28,677 nt of DNA, from assembly GCA_048938445.1 (NCBI GenBank), contig JBHLME010000054.1, positions 1 through 28,677 on the forward strand, in the 5' to 3' direction. Positions 20,662-28,449 of the stretch are shown here, one piece after another. Numbering within the stretch: the stretch's first letter is position 1; each line of letters begins with the position of its first letter. Under the pieces are notes generated by a model, which saw nothing but the letters and a program-made list of their open reading frames with translations, was not told where the DNA came from and searched no databases. This stretch comes from Promethearchaeota archaeon (GTDB lineage Archaea; Asgardarchaeota; Lokiarchaeia; Sigyniarchaeales; SOKP01). The position numbers were made by a program, and so were the translations under genes.

Positions 20662-21567
20662 GTGAGAATTATCAAACTATTTAAGAAAGAATTAAAGGAT
20701 ATCGATGAATACGATATATCTCAAATAGAAACAAATCCAATGAATTTTGAATCATTAACAATTGAATATAAAGTTAAATTTGATGGTAATGCAGCTGAAT
20801 TAATTAGAGATATAGTACAATTTGCTAATGGTTATGAAGAAGGATATATCTTGTTTGGTATTTCAGATGATCCTATATCCATAATTGGTATTGAAAAAAA
20901 CGAGATAGAAGGCTTAAAAAATATCATAAATGATTTATTACCAAAAAGAATAGAACCTTTAATCTCTCCATTTCCACAATACCAAGCTGTTCCCTTAGCA
21001 AGTGGAAAATATGTATTTATAATTAAGATTTTTCCTAAAGAATATGGAATTTACGGTATAAGGCAATCAGATGATATGAATAATAGAAACTATTATCGAT
21101 ATGAATTTTATAGGCGATTGGATGGAAATAAACATAGAATGAACATTGAATCGGTTGTAGAATTAATTGAAAGTAAAAATAGAGGGCTTCAAAAGCAATT
21201 AAGCATAACAATTCATGGTAGTTATTTATTAGCACAACCAGGTCATCAAGCAGAGCTATATATCGGTATTAAAGCCGTAAATAAATCCGTAAGACCAATA
21301 ATTATAAATTCATACTTACTTGAAATTCCTGAAAAAGAGAAAAGGGTATTAATATCACCATTTCATCCAGAGCATTTAATGATTTGTAGCAGATTGCCTT
21401 ATAAACTAGAAGATGGTGAATCATGTCAAGCATATTTATCAAGACAATCATTTGAAGAAACTATGAATCAAGAAGGTTGGAGCTACCCACTTAAAATCCG
21501 TGGGGTATTTGGTACTAATGATGGTGAATTTCTCTCGGAAATTATTGAATTGAAAGATAGAGAATAA
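20662..21567 (+). CDS. AlbA_2 (Schlafen-like) domain protein with unassigned C-terminal beta domain
   Basis: ESLTIEYK, DIVQFANG, GYILFGISD, FYRR motifs. Confidence 0.85.
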   Translation: MRIIKLFKKELKDIDEYDISQIETNPMNFESLTIEYKVKFDGNAAELIRDIVQFANGYEEGYILFGISDDPISIIGIEKNEIEGLKNIINDLLPKRIEPLISPFPQYQAVPLASGKYVFIIKIFPKEYGIYGIRQSDDMNNRNYYRYEFYRRLDGNKHRMNIESVVELIESKNRGLQKQLSITIHGSYLLAQPGHQAELYIGIKAVNKSVRPIIINSYLLEIPEKEKRVLISPFHPEHLMICSRLPYKLEDGESCQAYLSRQSFEETMNQEGWSYPLKIRGVFGTNDGEFLSEIIELKDRE

Positions 21568-21959
21568 TAATAATGATTTTATTTTAAAAAATTGAATTCT
21601 AACTAAAATAATCCTATTTTAGTAAAACTTAAAGTAACCAACCATCTTGATTTTCATTTTTTTTTATTAATTTCCTTAAATATATTATGATTTTCTATAA
21701 TATTTATTAATAACCATTATTAGAACACGAGAAAGCTTAAAGTGGAGAATCTCCCAAATCAACAACGGTTTTCCTTCTCTCTTTCCCTTCTTCTTTTCCT
21801 TTTTCTTTTTTCTTCTCTCTCTTTCTTCCTTCCCTGTCCTATTCCCCATCTCCCGGAATCCTACCCTCCACTCCTCCGCCAATCCCTAAAAAGGAGAAAA
21901 TGAGGGAGTGGCAGTAGTTGGTTTATTTGAACTAATAATCTTGAATTTCCTTATCTTTC

Positions 21960-22264
21960 ATAGGCCATATGACCTATTTCTTGAAGAATCTCGGGTATCT
22001 CACGAACTGTATAGGTTAGTTCACCTATATTTTAAATTAAGTAAAATTATTATGATCTATAAGTCAACTTACTTATTTTTTTAGGGAATAAGTGATATTT
22101 AAATCAGATAGGACAGCTGACCTAAAATTTAGTAAATTAATGAGATATATTGATTCAACTGAGCTGACCTATTTTATAATAGATAGTATGTTTAATATTT
22201 AGGTAGATTTACCTAAATTAAATGATATTGAGATTTAATTTAATTTTTAAGTGAGTTAACCTAT
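21960..22264. repeat. Array of seven 18-bp degenerate palindromes, about 48-bp period
   Basis: Copies start at 21960, 22011, 22059, 22108, 22155, 22199 and 22247; consensus ATAGGTCAGCTGACCTAT. Confidence 0.85.
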
Positions 22265-22386
22265 AAATCCATCTTTACAAAAAAATTGATTAAAAGGTGA
22301 CAAATGATGATTATAACCCATCATTAATGATTGATCTCGATTAACGTTGCTGGATATTGGGTAAAGTTGAGGAGTATTTTTTTCGC

Positions 22387-22598
22387 ACCCCTTAACTGAA
22401 AATGAGATGCTCAAGCATTCAAGTCTGAATAGATTAAGACTTTTAGGGTATATTCCCATTTTTTCTATTATTAAGTATATTATCCAATGAAAATTATGGT
22501 ATAATATATTAATAATGCATAAAAAAACCAAACACCCCTAAAGACTTAGTGAAAATATGGATTTAAATATTCCTGCTCTAAATTTTCAGTTAAGGGAT
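22387..22598. repeat. Two ~63-bp units in inverted orientation around an AT-rich core
   Basis: CCCTTAACTGAAAAT (22389-22403) is the exact reverse complement of 22582-22596; 22433-22449 matches the reverse complement of 22534-22550 at 13/17. Confidence 0.75.
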
Positions 22599-22908
22599 TT
22601 GATTTTTAAAAATGATCATTTAGATCTCGATCTATTAAGAGCTCCAACAGTCTAATCTTCATAGAAACCGATTAAAGGGTATTTTTTTTTATACCTATAT
22701 AATAATTGTGGATGATTATCTAAACATTCTTAGTTATTATTATAGTATCCTCTAAGGTTAATGACTTATCCATTTCATTATTAAATATCAAACATTTACT
22801 TTAGTTTCATAATAGGACGTTATAAAAGTCATGGATTATTTTAGATAACTATAATCTATTTAGCTAAATATATTAAATATTAGGAAACTTTGCATGAGGA
22901 GAAATTCC

Positions 22909-24639
22909 ATGAAAGAGTCTATAGTCATAAAAAATGGTATCGTGTTTGACCCATTAAATGATATTGACGGAGAAAAAAAGAATATTTATATTAAAGACGG
23001 TCAGGTTGTTGATGAGGTTGATGAGGCAGATGCCAAAGTCATTGACGCTTCGGGAATGATCGTGATGCCCGGTGGCGTTGATCTTCACACCCACGTTGCT
23101 GGGACCAAGGTAAATAGTGGTCGATCCTTTCGACCTGATGATAAACCTCCTGAATATAATGAGGCGAGAACAAAATTAACGCGGGGTGGAACTGGTTTTG
23201 CCGTTCCTTCGACTTGGGTTACGGGTTATCGCTATGCTCGACTTGGATACACGACCGTAGCAGAACCCGCAATGCCACTCTTAGAGGCACGCCATACCCA
23301 TGAGGAATTCAATAACATCCCAATCGTAGACAAGCTGGCAATGCCTTTATTTGGAAATAACTGGTACGTGATGCAGTATGTTAGAGAGGGTGACATTGAA
23401 AAACTTGCAGCATACGTGAATTGGATCCTCAAATCTACTAAGGGATATGCTGTTAAAATCGTAAATCCTGGAGGCGTTGAAAATTGGGCGTGGGGAAGGA
23501 ATTGCGCATCACTCGATGACGAAGTGTTTCATTGGGGGGTAACTCCAAGAACCATCGTGGAAAGCTTGGCAAAAGCTAATGAAATGCTTGAACTTCCACA
23601 TTCAATTCACGTTCATTGTAATAATCTCGGGTCCCCGGGCAACGTGAAGCATTCTCTTGCGACTTTCGACATTCCTAAAAATATCGAACCAAAAAGTTCG
23701 GTGGGACGAGAAAGGTCTTTCCACTGCACTCACGTGCAATTCAATGCGTACGGAGGAACTAATTGGGGAGATTTCGAGTCTGGTGCGTCTCAAGTAGCGG
23801 AATATGTAAATTCTAATAATCATCTTTCCATTGATATTGGGCAAGTAATCTTTTCTAAATATGCCACCACAACAATGACAGGTGATGGTCCATGGGAGTT
23901 CAACCTCCATCATTTAGGAGGCATGAGCCCTTGGGGCGTTAAGCCAGGTGTCAAATGGATTAATGGACAAATCGAAGGAGAATCAGGTTCTGGCATTGTC
24001 CCATACTTCTTTAGTCCCCAAGTTGGAGTTAACGCCGTTCAATGGGCTATTGGACTAGAACTGATGCTTCACATTAAAAATCCATTTCAAATAGCAATGA
24101 CAACGGATCATCCTAACGGCGGTCCATTCACTGCCTATCCAATGGTATTCAAGTGGTTAATGGACAAGAAAGCTCGCGATGAGATGCTTAAAAAATGCAG
24201 TCAAGCAGCAAGTACCAAAACAACTCTAGGAGATATTGACAGGGAATACACGCTTGGTGAACTGTGCACGGTGACTCGCGCGGGTAATGCAAAGACACTG
24301 GGTTTAACAGATAGAGGTCATTTAGGTGCTGGTGCGATTGGAGATGTCGCGATTTACAAGCTAGATCCAAAGAAATACGACGGCAACGCAATTGAAAAAG
24401 CCTTTACATCTGCGGCCTACACCATAAAGGAAGGACAAATCGTGGTGAAAGATGGTGAAATCGTTACCACTCCGATGGGAACGACCATTTGCGCCGAAGG
24501 AAAGATAAAAGTAAGCGCCCATGAAGCCATGTTGGAAGATGTCAAGGCAAACTGGAGGGATCATTACTCCATTAACTTCAATAATTACGCCGTTCAAGAC
24601 ATGTATGTGCCACGATGCAAGGTCGTCAACGGCGCGTGA
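22909..24639 (+). CDS. fwdA: Formylmethanofuran dehydrogenase subunit A (amidohydrolase fold)
   Basis: DLHTHVAGTKVN, HTHEE, KIVNPGG, HSIHVHCNNLG, THVQF, TTDHPNGGPF; GAGGAG precedes the ATG at 22909 (the track starts at 22894). Confidence 0.95.
   Translation: MKESIVIKNGIVFDPLNDIDGEKKNIYIKDGQVVDEVDEADAKVIDASGMIVMPGGVDLHTHVAGTKVNSGRSFRPDDKPPEYNEARTKLTRGGTGFAVPSTWVTGYRYARLGYTTVAEPAMPLLEARHTHEEFNNIPIVDKLAMPLFGNNWYVMQYVREGDIEKLAAYVNWILKSTKGYAVKIVNPGGVENWAWGRNCASLDDEVFHWGVTPRTIVESLAKANEMLELPHSIHVHCNNLGSPGNVKHSLATFDIPKNIEPKSSVGRERSFHCTHVQFNAYGGTNWGDFESGASQVAEYVNSNNHLSIDIGQVIFSKYATTTMTGDGPWEFNLHHLGGMSPWGVKPGVKWINGQIEGESGSGIVPYFFSPQVGVNAVQWAIGLELMLHIKNPFQIAMTTDHPNGGPFTAYPMVFKWLMDKKARDEMLKKCSQAASTKTTLGDIDREYTLGELCTVTRAGNAKTLGLTDRGHLGAGAIGDVAIYKLDPKKYDGNAIEKAFTSAAYTIKEGQIVVKDGEIVTTPMGTTICAEGKIKVSAHEAMLEDVKANWRDHYSINFNNYAVQDMYVPRCKVVNGA
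24567..24639 (+). repeat. Direct repeat copy 1 (fwdA 3' end)
   Basis: 73 bp, 67/73 identical to 26566-26638. Confidence 0.95.
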
Positions 24640-24674
24640 ATTTTTTTATTTTTTTATTTATTTGTTATTTTTTT
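24640..24674 (+). terminator. Oligo-T terminator of fwdA
   Basis: Several T runs directly after TGA; a similar tract follows the second repeat copy. Confidence 0.55.
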
Positions 24675-24695
24675 AAAGTTTTACGTCTATTAGTA

Positions 24696-25274
24696 TCAAA
24701 GACGTTTAAAATTGATAAGATTGACTGAAACTTTTCTATATCGGTTATATTTATTGATTAAATTAAGCTTCAATACATCATGCGCAGGCACCGTGATCCT
24801 GCGATCCCTGCTATAACCTGCTACCCATTCACTATGTTCTGGTATGTATTTAACATTTACATTTAATAATTTATTCAAATCATAATGTTTGATGCCACCA
24901 ATAATGCGTTTGTATATCAAAGCCTCAGGTCCCAATATAAAGAACTCCTTTGGTAATAAGATCAATAAAGGAACACCAAAGATTATTAACCCAAAGACTC
25001 CAAATACTATTAAAAAAATAATAATCATTATGAAACCTCCAGTAAAGCCCAATATCATAATAAAAAAGATTATAAAAGCAATGTAAATTATAATAATCCA
25101 TTTTAAGTATTTTACTCGTTCATTTTCACTCGGTTTTAATTTTTCATAGACAATCATAGTTTCATTTTTTATGATTTTATATCCATTTTCAGATTCACGA
25201 TAAATTTTAAATCTTTTTCTTTCAGTATTGTATTTCTCATAGATTTCTATATATTTTTGAATATCTGTCATCAA
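24696..25274 (-). CDS. Hypothetical 2-TM membrane protein with possible PH-like domain, paralogue 1
   Basis: IQKYIEIYEKY N-terminus, two TM helices, FFILGPEALIYK; homologous to 26683-27267. Confidence 0.75.
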   Translation of the reverse strand: MMTDIQKYIEIYEKYNTERKRFKIYRESENGYKIIKNETMIVYEKLKPSENERVKYLKWIIIIYIAFIIFFIMILGFTGGFIMIIIFLIVFGVFGLIIFGVPLLILLPKEFFILGPEALIYKRIIGGIKHYDLNKLLNVNVKYIPEHSEWVAGYSRDRRITVPAHDVLKLNLINKYNRYRKVSVNLINFKRL

Positions 25275-25305
25275 TAATTTTTCTTTATTATCATAGTTTG
25301 CAAAT

Positions 25306-25363
25306 CTTAATTAAAGAATATTCTTCCATCTTTTTAAAGACATCTGGTTATTTAGCGAAATAT
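25306..25363. repeat. Conserved upstream element, copy 1
   Basis: 25306-25339 is identical to 27301-27334, followed by ATCTGGTTATTTAG(C/T)GAAATAT in both copies. Confidence 0.9.
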
Positions 25364-25510
25364 TTCTTTTTTATTTTTTTTGATAAATTAATTCCTATTA
25401 TAAACTTAAAATGTAAAATTTATGAGGAAATTATTTAATAACTTAGAATTAAATTTAAATATGTGTATTCACATAATTTCACATAGAAAAACTAATTAAA
25501 TGAGAGAATT

Positions 25511-25735
25511 ATGGCAAACTTAACCTTATCAATTCCCAATGATATTAAAGAAATGATGGAAAAATTTCCAGAAATTAATTGGTCTGAAGTAGCAAGAGAT
25601 TCAATTAAAAAAAAAATTGCACAATTGAATTTTTTAAAGGGTTTTCGAATCAATAGTGAAATATCACCTGAAGATGCTATAAAACTTGGAAGAGAAGTGA
25701 GTGAACTCCTATTAAAACATTATAAGAGCGAATGA
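25511..25735 (+). CDS. Ribbon-helix-helix antitoxin (VapB-like)
   Basis: MANLTLSIP...EINWSEVAR pattern typical of archaeal RHH antitoxins; directly upstream of a PIN gene. Confidence 0.85.
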   Translation: MANLTLSIPNDIKEMMEKFPEINWSEVARDSIKKKIAQLNFLKGFRINSEISPEDAIKLGREVSELLLKHYKSE

Positions 25736-25738
25736 TCA

Positions 25739-26158
25739 ATGAAATTAGTTGTTGATGCTAACATTCTTTTCGCAGCTTTAATAAAAGAAGGTAAAACTGC
25801 AGAACTCTTGGTTAGTGAAAAATTAGAACTCTACGCTCCGGAGTTCTTATTCACAGAATTTGCTAAATATGAAGAGCTGGTTCTAAATAAAACTCATCGT
25901 ACTAAGGAAGAATTTGCTCAATTTTTAGATTTTTTAAAAGAACAGATTATTATTGTACCGAAAAAGGAAATAATCCCTTTTTTAGAGAATGCTGAAAAAA
26001 TATCTCCCGATCCAAAAGATACTATATATTTAGCGCTTGCACTCGCATTAAATACCAGTATCTGGTCAAATGATAAAAAACTTAAGGAGGAGCAAGAAAA
26101 AATTTCTGTGATTTCAACAGAAGAATTAATTAGATTAACAAACTTAATAAAAACTTAA
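25739..26158 (+). CDS. PIN-domain ribonuclease toxin (VapC-like)
   Basis: LVVDANILFAAL, DPKD, IWSNDKKL acidic PIN motifs. Confidence 0.9.
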   Translation: MKLVVDANILFAALIKEGKTAELLVSEKLELYAPEFLFTEFAKYEELVLNKTHRTKEEFAQFLDFLKEQIIIVPKKEIIPFLENAEKISPDPKDTIYLALALALNTSIWSNDKKLKEEQEKISVISTEELIRLTNLIKT

Positions 26159-26167
26159 TTTCAAATT

Positions 26168-26413
26168 CTAATGTACCTCTTTATTTATTACTTCATCCAA
26201 ATTAACTTTAGAAAGATTTTTTATTGCATCATTGCCTAATTCTATTATTTTTAAAATAACTTTACGATCAAGATGAGGATATTCTTCAATAATATCGTCA
26301 ATCGTGTAATTTAAACCAATAAACTCGTATATGAGAGAAACTGGGATTTTTGTACCTTTAATGATAGGTTTCCCACCAAGAATTTCAGGATTAACTTCAA
26401 TTAGATCCGACAT
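26168..26413 (-). CDS. DUF433-family protein
   Basis: NPEILGGKPIIKGTKIPV...IIEEYPHL signature. Confidence 0.9.
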   Translation of the reverse strand: MSDLIEVNPEILGGKPIIKGTKIPVSLIYEFIGLNYTIDDIIEEYPHLDRKVILKIIELGNDAIKNLSKVNLDEVINKEVH

Positions 26414-26565
26414 CTTCTACAATATTATATAGAACATCTATTATAAATAATTATTTGAATATAATGAAACAGTAAATTTTAAGAATTCATTTTTTATTTC
26501 TCTTTTTAGTAATAATTTAAAAATATACAAATTTAATAGTACAAATAATTTAATAATAATAATTT

Positions 26566-26638
26566 CTCCATTAACTTCATTAATTACGCCGTTCAAGATG
26601 CCTACGTGCCACGATGCAAGGTCGTCAACGGCGCGTGA
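26566..26638 (+). repeat. Direct repeat copy 2 (displaced fwdA 3'-end fragment)
   Basis: Reads SINFINYAVQDAYVPRCKVVNGA-stop versus SINFNNYAVQDMYVPRCKVVNGA-stop in fwdA. Confidence 0.95.
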
Positions 26639-26682
26639 TTTTTTTATTTTTTTTTTTTATTGCTTTTTAACACTCTTAATGA

Positions 26683-27267
26683 TTAATAATAGGCATAGTT
26701 AGTTTCATATTTGCAGTTACTAATAGTTAAAACTTTATTTGATCCATTTTTCTTTATTAAATCCACATACATTATTATTTCAGCAGCGAAAATCCTCTTA
26801 TAGATAAATTCTAGACCTACAACATCCCAACGTTCTTTTATATATTTGAACTCTACATTTTTTATTTGATTGATCCCACAATATTTAAAATTACCAATAA
26901 TATATTTGTATACTAAACCATCAGGACCAAATACAAAAACTCTTATTCTAAAGTAATCATGAAGAAGAGCAATCAGGAATATGAAGTTAAAGATTCCCCA
27001 AACTAGTAAAGCTATAAAAAATAATCCAATATCTCCAGGATTAAGTATAGGTATTATTATTAATGGTAAGAATATAATAGTAGATGGTAAGAAACATAAC
27101 ATATATGCTATTTTTCTTCTAAGTTCAATTTTTTTTCTTCTATATATGAAGATTTTTTCATTACTTATTGCTCTATACCCGCTTGATTCATCGTGCGTGA
27201 TCTCATATCTTGTTCTTCCAGTCTTATATTTCTCATAAATTTCTAAATATTTTTGAATATTTATCAT
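26683..27267 (-). CDS. Hypothetical 2-TM membrane protein with possible PH-like domain, paralogue 2
   Basis: IQKYLEIYEKY, two TM helices, VFVFGPDGLVYK. Confidence 0.75.
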   Translation of the reverse strand: MINIQKYLEIYEKYKTGRTRYEITHDESSGYRAISNEKIFIYRRKKIELRRKIAYMLCFLPSTIIFLPLIIIPILNPGDIGLFFIALLVWGIFNFIFLIALLHDYFRIRVFVFGPDGLVYKYIIGNFKYCGINQIKNVEFKYIKERWDVVGLEFIYKRIFAAEIIMYVDLIKKNGSNKVLTISNCKYETNYAYY

Positions 27268-27300
27268 TAATTATTGTCCTTATTATTATGGTTTGCTAAG

Positions 27301-27358
27301 CTTAATTAAAGAATATTCTTCCATCTTTTTAAAGTAATCTGGTTATTTAGTGAAATAT
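27301..27358. repeat. Conserved upstream element, copy 2
   Basis: Matches 25306-25363. Confidence 0.9.
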
Positions 27359-27675
27359 ATTATTTTTTTAATTTAGCTTATTTTCTATTCTATTCTTTCA
27401 TTCTTTTTATAATACTTATAAAAAAAAGACTAACTTAACATAATCTAATTTTTGATCTCCTAATTATTTAGGAGGGTGATATAGCGCGACACCAGAGAGA
27501 ATAAGAATAAGGGAAGGAGAATATTTCAAATGTTACTATTTTAAGTTTAAATTGTTACTATAAAAAATTGGATTGTTTCTTTTTTATTTAGCATAATTAT
27601 CGCTTATAAAAATTTGGATTATACTATTTCTTCTTATAATGGTAATTAAATTTGCTTTATAATCAAAGTCAGCCT

Positions 27676-28449
27676 TTAGATTTTTTGGCAATAAATAATT
27701 GATGACCCTCCAATTATTTTCATTTTTTGTTCATATTTTTTAATGATTTTATTAATAACACCTGATTTTATATCTTTTCGTAATTTCCTACATCCTAATT
27801 TCGTTTCTTCCTCCGTCAATAATGAAAAAGTCGAATCACCATCACGGAAATTCTTGTCTAAATAGTTTTCTGGAGATTGATTCATTATAACTGGATCTTC
27901 GTGGCAAACTTTTACTCCTATTCTTGAATAGCCATTTTTTTCAAGTAATGATATAATCTCTATAATATCAGGAATCCTTTGCAAATCTATAGTTAATCCT
28001 TCTTTAAAATAGTGATAATACCAATATGTTTTAATTTGATCATGAGAACAAGTATGAATTGCTAGATATCCTTTTTTTTTAAGAATACGATGAGCTTCTT
28101 TCAGTAATCTTGATTTATCATTAATGTGATGGAATACTTGAATTATATATAATGCATCAAAAATGCATTTAGTAAAAGGTAAAAATGTGATATCACAATT
28201 TATTAAATCTAGATTTATAGATTTATTCCTTGCTTTATTTATCATCCCTAAAGAAATATCTGCTCCAATTACACATCTCGCAAAAGATTTTAGAGATATA
28301 GTATAATTTCCAGTACCACATCCCATATCAAGGAGTAATGAATTAGAGGTTATTTGAGTTAATCTAACTAAATCCATTACAGTATTTGGATTAGCCTTCC
28401 TACTAATATCATAAATTTGATTCAATTTATTATAATTTAATTTTCTCAT
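27676..28449 (-). CDS. Class I SAM-dependent methyltransferase
   Basis: LLDMGCGTG, GADISLGM, LPF, FHHI, EAHRILKKKG. Confidence 0.9.
   Translation of the reverse strand: MRKLNYNKLNQIYDISRKANPNTVMDLVRLTQITSNSLLLDMGCGTGNYTISLKSFARCVIGADISLGMINKARNKSINLDLINCDITFLPFTKCIFDALYIIQVFHHINDKSRLLKEAHRILKKKGYLAIHTCSHDQIKTYWYYHYFKEGLTIDLQRIPDIIEIISLLEKNGYSRIGVKVCHEDPVIMNQSPENYLDKNFRDGDSTFSLLTEEETKLGCRKLRKDIKSGVINKIIKKYEQKMKIIGGSSIIYCQKI

Larger units (their letters stand above)
24567..26638. mobile_element. Putative 2-kb integrated cassette or segmental duplication bounded by fwdA 3'-end direct repeats
   Basis: Direct repeats 1999 bp apart enclosing a membrane gene, a TA pair and DUF433; no recombinase gene in the window. 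Confidence 0.55.

Noticed and set aside
21685-21882. 65-aa Lys/Arg/Glu-rich ORF
   Set aside because: Translation of the low-complexity purine strand with a non-ATG start; probably spurious.
21960-22264. Canonical CRISPR array
   Set aside because: Repeats are only 18 bp and too degenerate, spacers are mostly AT-rich like local intergenic DNA, and no cas genes are in the window.
21960-22264. Resemblance of AGGTCA..TGACCT to eukaryotic nuclear-receptor elements
   Set aside because: Short-motif coincidence; no such receptors are known in archaea.
22256-22531. 91-aa minus-strand ORF
   Set aside because: No recognisable motif, non-ATG start, and it overlaps the inverted-repeat structure.
25290-25328. 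Conserved 12-codon upstream ORF (MEEYSLIK...) before both membrane paralogues
   Set aside because: Too short to separate from DNA-level conservation of the leader.
24567-27358. Diversity-generating retroelement template/variable repeat pair
   Set aside because: Mismatches are not confined to adenines and no reverse transcriptase is present.
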